64,000 nt of DNA from an uncultured Chitinophagaceae bacterium. GTDB taxonomy: Bacteria; Bacteroidota; Bacteroidia; Chitinophagales; Chitinophagaceae. Location of the stretch: NCBI GenBank assembly GCA_963732885.1, contig CAVTBI010000014.1:130558-194557 (forward strand), given 5' to 3'. Both the position numbers and the translations under genes were made by a program. A model generated the notes under the pieces. It saw only the letters and a list, made by a program, of their open reading frames with translations, was not told the origin of the DNA and made no database searches. Below are positions 55,324-64,000 of the stretch, piece by piece. Positions within the stretch are counted from its first letter, which is position 1; every line of letters begins with the position of its first letter.

Positions 55324-56303
55324 CTAAACGGCCGCCAGATCCCTGTTGTATTTATTTCTATAATTTACAGGCGATAAACCTGTAAAGCGTTTGAAGGTGG
55401 TGCGAAAAGCTTTGGGGTCATTGTATCCTACATTATACATTACCTCATTTACATTATCGTCAGAAGCTTCAAACTCATTTTTGCTGCTTCCACTTTCACT
55501 CTTTGCACATATTCTACTACTGAATTGGAAGTTGCTTTTTTAAATCTCCGCTCCAGGTTTCTTCGGCCCAGGCAAAGCATGAGGGCTAATTGATCTACCG
55601 AAATTTTTTCCTGCACATTTTTCTCAATAAATTCCTGGGCTTTTTTTATGTGTACATCGTTATGATTCTTTTGCCCTTTAAAAATAATAAAGGGCGACTG
55701 GCTATGACGGTCAATATCCACTTGAAAATTTTTGGAACAATGGATAGCAATTTCCCTGCCTGCATATTTTTCAATAAGATATAAAATGAGATTGGACGAA
55801 GAAAATGCCCCGCCGCTGGTATAAATACCATTTTCATCCGTAACAATTTTATCAGTTACGAGATTTACATTGGGAAACATTTCTTTAAATTCATTAGCGG
55901 CACGCCAATGTGTAGAGCAATTTTTTCCGTCCACTAACCCCGTTGCTGCCAACAGAAACGCGCCCACACAAAGGCTGGCAATTTCTGCTCCTTTTTTGTA
56001 TTGCTGAATGATCCATGGAATTAAATCCATGTTTTGTTCTATACCTTTTTTAATATCCCCTTCAAATGCGGGTATGATGATCAGGTCTGTTTTTTTTAGA
56101 TTCTTTATCTCTACATCCGGGTGAATAGTGTATATGCCATTATTCAGTTTGATTTCTTTTGTACTTCCGGCTATCTCAACTTTGAAAAGGGGAGGTTTAT
56201 TTTTATTTTTTAAATCCTCGTTTACTGATAAGAAGGCACGGCGCGGAGTATCTATGCTTGCTAAATTACTGCCTGCAGTGGCTAAGATGGTTATGTGTTT
56301 CAT
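55324..56303 (-). CDS. GlxA-family (DJ-1/PfpI + AraC) transcriptional regulator, frameshift near 55465
   Basis: SLCVGAFLLAATGL, STHW, TSGG; C-terminus NVNEVMYNVGYNDPKAFRTTFKRFTGLSP in another frame, ending TAG at 55324. Confidence 0.9.
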
Positions 56304-56429
56304 TAAACGGTATTTTTTGCATTGACAAAACTACTAAAATTATTTGTCGCAATAAGCCTCTTATATTGGCGTATTTGCACCCTAAATATTTTGCAGGCTG
56401 ATAGTAGGTTTGTAATGAAATTAAAAATC

Positions 56430-56543
56430 ATGGATAAGAAAATATACCATTTTCCTTCTGGTGTGAAAGTTTTTCGGGTTGTGGTAAACACTTTCCCTGC
56501 AGGCATTGGAGAAGCCTATTATTTATTAATAAAAAATCGGTGA
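56430..56543 (+). pseudogene. Probable truncated N-terminus of a small effector-binding protein often found beside GlxA regulators
   Basis: MDKK...VKVFRVVVNTFPAGIGEAY then stop; family assignment from memory of similar Bacteroidota clusters. Confidence 0.4.
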
Positions 56544-56573
56544 CGGTAAGGGGTGGGACTAAATCATAAAATT

Positions 56574-57377
56574 ATGGCAGATCATATCAATTTCAGAAAC
56601 GGCTATTCTGAAGTGAACGGATTAAAGATGTATTATGAAATTTACGGACAAGGTAATCCGCTTGTCTTAATACATGGTGGTGGTTCCACGATACAAACTT
56701 CTTTTGGAAGGATTATTCCCCTGTTTGCAAAGCATAGAAAGATTATTGGCCTTGAATTGCAAGCTCACGGGCGCACCAATGACCGGAACAATAACCTGAC
56801 GTTTAAGCAGGATGCAGATGATGTAGCGGCATTATTAAAAAATTTGAAAATACTGAAAGCGGATTTTTTGGGATTTAGTAATGGAGGGCAAACATTAATA
56901 GAAATTGCGCTTCGCCATCCAGAACTTATAAACAAAGTAATTTTTTGTTCATCATTCTATAAACGAAGCGCCATTGTTCCGCAGTTTTGGGAAGGATTTA
57001 ATCATGCAAGCCTAAGCGATATGCCGCAGGTTTATAAAGATGAATTTTTGAAAGTTAATAACAATCCTGATGCATTGCTAAATATGTTTCATAAAGACGT
57101 GCAACGTATGATGGGTTTTAAAGGTTGGAGCGGCGAACAGATTGCATCAATAAAAGCGCCGGTATTTATTGTAAATGGTAACAAAGACGTGGGTAGCATT
57201 GAGCATTCCGTAGAAATGTACCGTTTAATTCCAAATAGCCAATTAGCCATTTTGCCGGGCGGCCACGGAGCATATATAGGCGAACTAAACACTGGAATGG
57301 AAAACAGCAAACTACCTGATCTAACTGTTTCAATGCTTGAGGAATTTTTAAACAAGAAAGCAATTCACCCTAATTAA
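56574..57377 (+). CDS. Alpha/beta hydrolase
   Basis: LIHGGGSTI, GFSNGG, LPGGHG. Confidence 0.92.
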   Translation: MADHINFRNGYSEVNGLKMYYEIYGQGNPLVLIHGGGSTIQTSFGRIIPLFAKHRKIIGLELQAHGRTNDRNNNLTFKQDADDVAALLKNLKILKADFLGFSNGGQTLIEIALRHPELINKVIFCSSFYKRSAIVPQFWEGFNHASLSDMPQVYKDEFLKVNNNPDALLNMFHKDVQRMMGFKGWSGEQIASIKAPVFIVNGNKDVGSIEHSVEMYRLIPNSQLAILPGGHGAYIGELNTGMENSKLPDLTVSMLEEFLNKKAIHPN

Positions 57378-57470
57378 AAGAAGAAGAAAACAAAGGCATA
57401 AAAAGTTTAGCGAAATAAATAATTGATACGATTAGTTAGAAATAATCATTAATGGCTATAAAAAATTTCT

Positions 57471-58043
57471 ATGCGAAAAATTATTATTTCAGAAATGGTA
57501 TCGCTGGATGGTTTTTTTGAAGATAAAAATAAAGGAACATCGTGGCATACATTGAACGAAGATTTTTTTGAATATTCAAGGGAATTATTAAATAGCGTAG
57601 ATACGATTTTATTTGGGCGGGTAACTTACCAAATGATGGCCGCCTTTTGGCCTGACGCAACTGATGAAGATGCGGCCATCACTCACAAGATGAACCACCT
57701 GAATAAAATTGTTTTTACAAAAACTTTGAAAAGGCTTGCATGGAATAATTCAGAAATAGCGAAAAATAATTTGGCGGAAGAAGTTTTACAACTAAAAAAG
57801 AAGCCAGGGAAAGGCATCGTAATTTTTGGTAGCGGTACCATCGTGAGTGAGCTTACAAAATTGGGTTTGATTGATGAATACAGGCTCGTAGCGAACCCTG
57901 TAATATTCGGAAAAGGAACCACTTTATTTAAAGGCATTCACGATAAAATAAGTGTGAAATTATTAAAGTAAACACCGCTTGAATCAGGAGTAGTTATACT
58001 TTATTATGGGGTAAAAAATAAATTTCCTGGCATAACAAATTAA
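57471..58043 (+). CDS. Dihydrofolate reductase family (RibD C-terminal-like) protein with in-frame TAA at 57969-57971
   Basis: SLDGFF, LFGRVTY, FGSGTIV, IDEYRL, P.IFGKG; reading continues TPLESGVVILYY after the stop. Confidence 0.85.
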
Positions 58044-58078
58044 ATGGAATGCATTTTCGCTTTATAATATCGGGGCAA

Positions 58079-58113
58079 CAGTAAACAAACTTTTAATTAA
58101 ATTTTTATTTTAT
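58079..58113 (+). repeat. Copy of 36-bp motif abutting the next start codon
   Basis: CAGTAAACAAACTTTTAATTAAATTTTTATTTTAT(G). Confidence 0.75.
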
Positions 58114-59056
58114 GAACAATCCGATAACAGTTAAAACGGCTATAAATACAACAGTAGAAAATGTTTGGAAACTTTGGGTAACACCTGAAGATATTATGCA
58201 ATGGAACAATCCTTCAGAAGATTGGCAAACGTTACGGGTTGAAAATGATTTAAAAGACGGAGGTAAATTTTTATTCCGGATGGAAGCAAAAGATGGAAAT
58301 GACAAGTTCGACTTTTGTGGCACATACGATAAAGTGGTAATAAATGAACTCATTGAGTATTCATTAACTGATGGAAGAAAAACGGTAAATAAGTTTATAC
58401 CTAACGGTAATGCTACCACGATAATTGAAACTTTTGAACCGGAAACAAAAACACCGCTTGACATTCAAAGAGATTTTTGCCAATGCGTTTTGAACAATTT
58501 TAAAAAATATGTTGAAAAGGAAAATAATAAAACGGAAATTATGATTACAGAAATTAGTATTGAATTTGAAAAAGCATCGGATGAATTAATCCAATTAATT
58601 TCAGCAACAAATGAAGATCAGTTTAATGAAATTCCTTTTGAAGGAAGTTGGAGTGTTGCGCAGGTAGGAGATCATTTATTGAAATCTTACGGAATTGTAA
58701 ATGTATTAAACGGGCAGGGGGCAGAAACAAAAAGATTGCAGGGAAAAGAGATTGAAAAGGTAAAAAAAATATTCTTGGATTTTGATGCGAAATACAAATC
58801 AGCAGAAGCTATTCTCCCAACTAATGAACGAATAGAAAAAGAAAAATTATTAAACGCATTGCAAAAAAGAATTGGAGAAATAAAGGAAGTGATTCAGACA
58901 AAAGATTTGACTGAAACTTGTGTAGGCTTCCCTTTTAAGGGTATTGGAGAATTGACAAGAATGGAATGGCTTTATGTAATCCTGTATCATACACAAAGGC
59001 ATATTCATCAAATGAAAAATATTCTGGAACAGCTCGAATCAATAAAAATAAATTAA
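58112..59056 (+). CDS. SRPBCC (Aha1-like) + DinB_2 fusion ORF
   Basis: N-terminal VWKLWVTPEDIMQWN...FDFCGTY; C-terminal WSVAQVGDHL...HTQRHIHQ; internal ATG at 58541. Confidence 0.8.
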   Translation: MNNPITVKTAINTTVENVWKLWVTPEDIMQWNNPSEDWQTLRVENDLKDGGKFLFRMEAKDGNDKFDFCGTYDKVVINELIEYSLTDGRKTVNKFIPNGNATTIIETFEPETKTPLDIQRDFCQCVLNNFKKYVEKENNKTEIMITEISIEFEKASDELIQLISATNEDQFNEIPFEGSWSVAQVGDHLLKSYGIVNVLNGQGAETKRLQGKEIEKVKKIFLDFDAKYKSAEAILPTNERIEKEKLLNALQKRIGEIKEVIQTKDLTETCVGFPFKGIGELTRMEWLYVILYHTQRHIHQMKNILEQLESIKIN

Positions 59057-59089
59057 AAAATAATTTCTTAATCTTTTAAAACAAAAAAA

Positions 59090-59508
59090 ATGAAAGCAGT
59101 AAACCCTTATCTGAACTTCAACGGTAATACCGAAGAAGCCTTCAATTTTTACAAATCAGTTTTTGGCGGGGAATTTAGAATGGTAATGCGAATGAAAGAT
59201 GTACAGGGGATGCCTGTTCCAGAAGGCCAGGAAGAAAAGATCATGCACATTGCATTACCACTAAATAGCGGACAGGTATTAATGGCAAGCGATAATTGTA
59301 ACGATTCGACATTTGAGCAAGGAAACAATTTTTACATTTCCATCCATTCGGACAGTATAGAAGAAGGCCAAAAGCTTTATGAGGCACTTTCTGCGGGGGA
59401 AAAGCGAATCATCCTTTTAAAAAAGAATTTTGGGGCGACTGGTTTGGCGACCTGACTGATAAATATGGAACAAACTGGATGGTCAATTATGCTGAAAATC
59501 ACCAATAA
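59090..59508 (+). CDS. VOC/PhnB family protein, frameshift in G-run near 59397
   Basis: [28 protein letters not shown]; rejoined [20 protein letters not shown]. Confidence 0.9.
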
Positions 59509-59522
59509 AAAATAAAAAATTT

Positions 59523-59927
59523 ATGGCAACAGCAAGCATTAATAAATCAGGAAAAAAGAATAAAGTAATTTACTGGATTTCTACCGGCCTTATTGCTTTG
59601 TTCGAATTATCAGGTGCATTTTTTATGAATAGCCAGATAGCTATTGATGGCATGCATCATTTACAACTTCCGGATTGGTTCAGGTGGGAAGTAAGTATCG
59701 GCCATTTGATAGGAGGTATTTTACTTTTGGTTCCAATTAATAAACGAATTAAGGAGTGGGTGTATGTCGGATTTGGTATTGATTTTATTTCTGCTTTCAT
59801 TGCTTATTTATCAATAGACGGATGGGTTGGCAATACTTTTTCTCCTTTAATTACCCTGGCATTGTTGATCGTTTCCTACATCTATTATCATAAATTGAAA
59901 AGCCAAAGAAATGATAGAAGTATTTAA
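59523..59927 (+). CDS. DoxX-like family membrane protein
   Basis: IYWISTG, KEWVYVGF, SYIYYHK. Confidence 0.85.
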   Translation: MATASINKSGKKNKVIYWISTGLIALFELSGAFFMNSQIAIDGMHHLQLPDWFRWEVSIGHLIGGILLLVPINKRIKEWVYVGFGIDFISAFIAYLSIDGWVGNTFSPLITLALLIVSYIYYHKLKSQRNDRSI

Positions 59928-60120
59928 AACAAATGTTTATGAAGCAGAGAAATCTAAAATTATAATCCAAAAACTTCATGAATATTTTCCGGAAAATGAA
60001 ACAAACTTCGACCTCGACGATTGTGATAAAATTTTAAGAGTGGAGGGAGCATATATTTTATCTGAAAAGATTATGGCCGTATTAAATGATGAAGGCCATT
60101 TTTGTGAAATTTTGGATTGA
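59911..60120 (+). CDS. Small hypothetical protein (HMA-like fold)
   Basis: MIEVFKTNV...NFDLDDCDKILRVE. Confidence 0.75.
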   Translation: MIEVFKTNVYEAEKSKIIIQKLHEYFPENETNFDLDDCDKILRVEGAYILSEKIMAVLNDEGHFCEILD

Positions 60121-60136
60121 AAATTAAGAAGCCTTT

Positions 60137-60928
60137 CTATTCAATTACTTTTAAAACCAGGGGTTCAAGTAATTGATCCCATTTTAAATATTGCTCTGAC
60201 GATGGATGAAGGCCGTCTGGTGCAATTAAAGAAGGGTCATTTTTGGCTTCCCGTGAAATTGGAGTTACGTCTAAATAGTGGGCACCCGCATGAAGCGAAA
60301 TCAAATAATTGGCTTCATTAAACTCGTCTATTTCTTTTGCAATTTTTGCTGTATCGAGTTTACTTGCAAATGGAGTAACACTATAATCTGGAATTGAAAG
60401 AACAAAAACGTGTTCTTTATTATTTCCGGCATAAGAGATAGCAAGATTTAATAATTGCGTAAACTGCGTTTTATATTCATCCAGTGATCTGCCCTGGTAT
60501 TGATTATTAACTCCAATCAACAGTGTTACAAACGAATAATTAGCTGTTGGCGGAGTGCTATTTAGTGCATTGAGAAGATTTCCTGTTGTCCATCCGGTAA
60601 CGGCTACAATTTCCGGATTAGCTATTTTAATACTATCATTTTGCAAAAGAGTTACCAGTTGGACGGGAAACCTTCCCGGCTCCGGAACTGTTTCGCCAAT
60701 AGTATAAGAATCGCCAAGAGCTAAATAAGTTATTTTCCCTGTATCCGCTGTGTTTGTATTTGAACTTGAAATGGTATCTGTTGAATTATTATTTTCAGGG
60801 GAAATGCCAGTGCTCTTATCTTTCGTACATGAAATTATTAATAAAAAAGAAAAAGAAAAAATAAATGCTTTTAAGATGTTTGGATAATATGGCCTTTTTA
60901 ATTTCAAAATATTGAATTTTTTATTCAA
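60137..60928 (-). CDS. SGNH/GDSL hydrolase lipoprotein
   Basis: LIISC lipobox; ALGDSYT, IGVNNQY, DGLHPS. Confidence 0.9.
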   Translation of the reverse strand: MNKKFNILKLKRPYYPNILKAFIFSFSFLLIISCTKDKSTGISPENNNSTDTISSSNTNTADTGKITYLALGDSYTIGETVPEPGRFPVQLVTLLQNDSIKIANPEIVAVTGWTTGNLLNALNSTPPTANYSFVTLLIGVNNQYQGRSLDEYKTQFTQLLNLAISYAGNNKEHVFVLSIPDYSVTPFASKLDTAKIAKEIDEFNEANYLISLHAGAHYLDVTPISREAKNDPSLIAPDGLHPSSEQYLKWDQLLEPLVLKVIE

Positions 60929-60969
60929 TACTTACGAAAGTATTCTTCTTTCAGATTAAGGAGCTATAC

Positions 60970-62622
60970 TTATTTGTACAATATTTCATAATATTCCTCT
61001 ACCATCCGGTTGCTGTCAAAAGCAAACTGGACGTCTCTCATGCCGTTTTTTACGATCTGCCTCCAGGTATCAAAATCATTATAATAAATTGGAAGGATTT
61101 CGTTTTCCAGGATCTCATAAATTTTGTTCAAATCATAATTATCCTGTTCTTCCACCTGCATATTCATATAATCTGCCTGGGGAACCACAAAACCATTATT
61201 ACCATTATTTATAAACTCACAAATCCATCCATCGTTGGTACTCAGGTTTACAGCACCATTCATCGCAGCGGTCATTCCGCTCGTTCCGCTCGCTTCCCTG
61301 GGCACCCGTGGATTATTCAACCAGACATCTGCTGCTTGCTTTAAGCGCTTGCTTAAAGCAATTTCATAACCCGTACAAACTGCTACATTTTTATATTGCT
61401 TGCTCAGGTTTACCAGGTGATTAAAATCGTTGATAGCAGGAAAATCAAGTGGGTAAGGCTTTCCTGCCCAAATAATTTGAACAGGGTATTTGGGGTTATT
61501 TAATAATGCTTCAAACCGGCTATGGTCTCTTGTAATTAGTTCTGCTCTTTTATACCCGGCAAACCTTCTTGCCCAAACAATAGTGAGAATATTAGGGTCC
61601 ATTAATTTCCCGGTTTGATCGGCGACGATAGCCAACGCACGTTTTTTTAAATGCCTTTTGCGGTCATCAAACCAATCATCATTGCGTTCTTCGCGCGCTC
61701 GGTATAATTGTTTATCAGCCCAAAAACTTTTGTTCTGCGCATTGGTGATTGCCTTTATTTCGCAGACCCCGTCATATTTATACCACATTTGCCGGCTTAC
61801 TTCACCGTGTAATTGAGAAACCCCGTTTGCAAGATGGGCAAACCTTAAAGCAGCAAGAGAATGGTTAAAAAGATCATCTTTCATTCCGGTGATTTCCCTT
61901 ACCTGCTCCAGCGGCATTCCACAGAAATAGCTCATTTTTTCACAAAGGTAAATATCGTGTTTTTCATTTCCGGCTTCTTCCGGTGTGTGTGTAGTGAATA
62001 CCAAACGTTTTTTTACCTCTTCCTTATTTCCGAATTTTTTATATAAATAAAACGCCGCGCTTACCGCATGCGCTTCATTAAGATGGTAGAGGTCGGGGTT
62101 GTAGTTCATTTTATCCAGTAAGGTGGCTCCACCTACACCCAATAAAATAAACTGGGCAATTTTGGTAGCCGCATTTCCATCATAAAGCCTATGAGTAATG
62201 GTGCGTGAAACATAATCGTTTTCGGGCACATCGGTGCTTAATAAAAATAAGGGAGCGCTGTTAAAAACCTTCGGATTAAGGTATAAAACTTTTACCCACA
62301 CAGGATGGTCATGGATATCAATCTGGAAACGGATACCCGTTTCTTCGAGGAAATTATAGATTTTTTCGATCCATACTACTTTTAATGTTTGATCCTGGTT
62401 TCTTGCCTGGTCATAATAACCTTCTTTCCATAAAATACCAATGCCGATTAAATTCTGGTGCAATTCAAACGCGCTTCTTAAATGCGACCCTGATAAAAAC
62501 CCAAGGCCGCCGCTATAAATTTTTAGGGGTTGGTCAATGGCAAATTCCATTGAAAAATAAGCAACTTTTTTCCGGTACCGTTCGTTTATTTCATAGGGAA
62601 TCACATAATTTTCAAAACTCAT
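60970..62622 (-). CDS. glgP: Alpha-glucan (glycogen/maltodextrin) phosphorylase
   Basis: AYFSMEF, YSGGLG, HLNEAH, ARRFAGYKR, EASGTSGMTA, NGAVNLS. Confidence 0.9.
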   Translation of the reverse strand: MSFENYVIPYEINERYRKKVAYFSMEFAIDQPLKIYSGGLGFLSGSHLRSAFELHQNLIGIGILWKEGYYDQARNQDQTLKVVWIEKIYNFLEETGIRFQIDIHDHPVWVKVLYLNPKVFNSAPLFLLSTDVPENDYVSRTITHRLYDGNAATKIAQFILLGVGGATLLDKMNYNPDLYHLNEAHAVSAAFYLYKKFGNKEEVKKRLVFTTHTPEEAGNEKHDIYLCEKMSYFCGMPLEQVREITGMKDDLFNHSLAALRFAHLANGVSQLHGEVSRQMWYKYDGVCEIKAITNAQNKSFWADKQLYRAREERNDDWFDDRKRHLKKRALAIVADQTGKLMDPNILTIVWARRFAGYKRAELITRDHSRFEALLNNPKYPVQIIWAGKPYPLDFPAINDFNHLVNLSKQYKNVAVCTGYEIALSKRLKQAADVWLNNPRVPREASGTSGMTAAMNGAVNLSTNDGWICEFINNGNNGFVVPQADYMNMQVEEQDNYDLNKIYEILENEILPIYYNDFDTWRQIVKNGMRDVQFAFDSNRMVEEYYEILYK

Positions 62623-62649
62623 ATTGATCGTTAATATTTACTGAGGGCG

Positions 62650-62657
62650 CAAATATA
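62650..62657 (-). promoter_or_regulatory. -7 promoter box for glgP
   Basis: TATATTTG on minus strand. Confidence 0.6.
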
Positions 62658-62798
62658 AACGTAAAATGTAAGAAAATAATTGTATTCCGAAAATCAATGT
62701 GTAAAATTTACACGCATTTGATTTTATAAATAATTTATAAAAAGTTTTGTATCAATAAAAGTGGAGAAAAGAGATTGCAAAAGCCAGGTATATGAAAT

Positions 62799-63188
62799 TT
62801 AAGAAGGAATCACCGCACTCACCTCAATCTCAATAAGCAATTCTTCATCTATTAACCGGTTTACTTCAACCATTGAAGTGGCAGGTTTTATCTCTTTAAA
62901 AAAAAGCGCGTGTGCTTTTCCTATTTCTTTCCATTTAGAAATATCAGTTACATACATCCTTGTTCTTACCACATCTTTAAGGCTGCTTCCGGCTTCAATT
63001 AAAACCTTTTCAATTTTTTGAAAAATAAAAACCGCCTGCGCATACACATCTCCTTTTCCAATAATCATTTCGCCTTCAATAGCGGTGGTGCCTGAAACCT
63101 CAATCACATTTCCAACTTTAACGGCACGCGAATACCCAACTACATTTTCCCATTGCGCGCCTGAATTAAAAAGTTTTTTTTGTTGCAT
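62799..63188 (-). CDS. RidA (YjgF/YER057c) family protein
   Basis: WENVVGYSRAV, VSGTTA, VVRTRMYV, LIEIEV. Confidence 0.9.
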   Translation of the reverse strand: MQQKKLFNSGAQWENVVGYSRAVKVGNVIEVSGTTAIEGEMIIGKGDVYAQAVFIFQKIEKVLIEAGSSLKDVVRTRMYVTDISKWKEIGKAHALFFKEIKPATSMVEVNRLIDEELLIEIEVSAVIPS

Positions 63189-63235
63189 AATTGTTGGTTG
63201 AAAAAATGAACGTTGTATAGAAGATTATACTTTTC

Positions 63236-63838
63236 TTATTGAGGGTTTGCTGATTTTAATTTTTCAATTTGTTCAGAAATCTTCTTATTCCACGCCAATT
63301 GTTTTTCGGTATCTGTACTGTTTTTGGTTTCCCGGTCATATTCTTTTTGCCAATCATTTTCTTCATTATAAACCCGGTTAAAAATGGAATTTAATAAACT
63401 TTTATAATTGGTATAGGTAAAATGTGCCTTTCTTATTTCGGCTTCTAATTTCGCTGCGCCTAATCTTGTAATGTCAAAATGATGTTGCTCGTGTTCCAGT
63501 TGATAAGCAGAATTTACATTTGGTTTTTTCCACGAATCATGTTTGGTAAAAAAAGTAAATACCCCTACCGAAATATCAATATTATTTTCATCTGAGTGCA
63601 TAGATGAATTGAAAGAAAACCCGGAAGCCGTCTCTGCTCCCCAAGGGACAGAAGGAGGCACTTTTCCCTGGAAATCTTTCCAGGTAAGCTTTCCGTCAAA
63701 ATTATAATAAATGGTATCGCTTTCCGGATGGTTCTTATAATTTTCCATAAAAACACGCACCGTTACTTTTTGAGCAAATGTTTGAAGAGAAAAAAGGAAA
63801 GAGAAAAGGGTTAGAAATAAAATTTTTTGTAGAATCAT
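63236..63838 (-). CDS. Secreted DUF922-like putative Zn-dependent protease
   Basis: LTWKDFQG, LEHEQHHFDI, YDRET. Confidence 0.75.
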   Translation of the reverse strand: MILQKILFLTLFSFLFSLQTFAQKVTVRVFMENYKNHPESDTIYYNFDGKLTWKDFQGKVPPSVPWGAETASGFSFNSSMHSDENNIDISVGVFTFFTKHDSWKKPNVNSAYQLEHEQHHFDITRLGAAKLEAEIRKAHFTYTNYKSLLNSIFNRVYNEENDWQKEYDRETKNSTDTEKQLAWNKKISEQIEKLKSANPQ

Positions 63839-63977
63839 TTTTTAAAGACCGCACGGATGTTATGCAATCGCGAATTTCATTTTTTATATTTTAATTATTG
63901 GTTAAAGCCAGATTTTTAACAGGAATTACACGAATGATTTTGACAAGGGCAAAATCAAATTTCTATCATAAGAGAAA

Positions 63978-64000
63978 TGAAAATAAAAATTCTGGTTATT
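63978..64000 (-). repeat. Right half of a 36-bp motif copy, cut by the window edge
   Basis: AATAACCAGAATTTTTATTTTCA on minus strand aligns to motif positions 14-36. Confidence 0.5.

Overview
AT-rich bacterial chromosome segment, most consistent with Bacteroidota (Chitinophagaceae-like). Support: many TAnnTTTG -7 promoter boxes, A-rich leaders without Shine-Dalgarno sites, a SprE/PorW-like TPR gene and Bacteroidota-type palindromic repeats. About 63 protein genes are present. Core genes (mdh, efp, accB/accC, iscS-like, glmM, thrS, infC, PBP1A, groES/groEL, tgt, glgP) alternate with accessory blocks (RND/CHAD/CDF metal cluster, small cassette-like genes, AraC-oxidoreductase cluster, GH95/GH144, GlxA-VOC cluster). 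I saw no rRNA, tRNA, CRISPR array, transposase or integrase. Many genes are broken by single-base indels, densest in the first 5 kb, which looks like long-read consensus error rather than biology. The most unusual signal is a dispersed bipartite ~36-bp motif, YAGTAAAC(A/C)AAY-variable spacer-GATTTTTATTTT, with about 12 good and 5 weaker copies, almost all at gene junctions. It ends a 113-bp direct repeat around a cassette-like block, and two copies are interrupted by palindromic REP-like units at nearly the same position. Also notable are decayed integron attC-like relics around two small genes, and a four-helix-bundle gene between accB and accC flanked by inverted octamer arrays. All alignments were done by eye; nothing was searched against databases.
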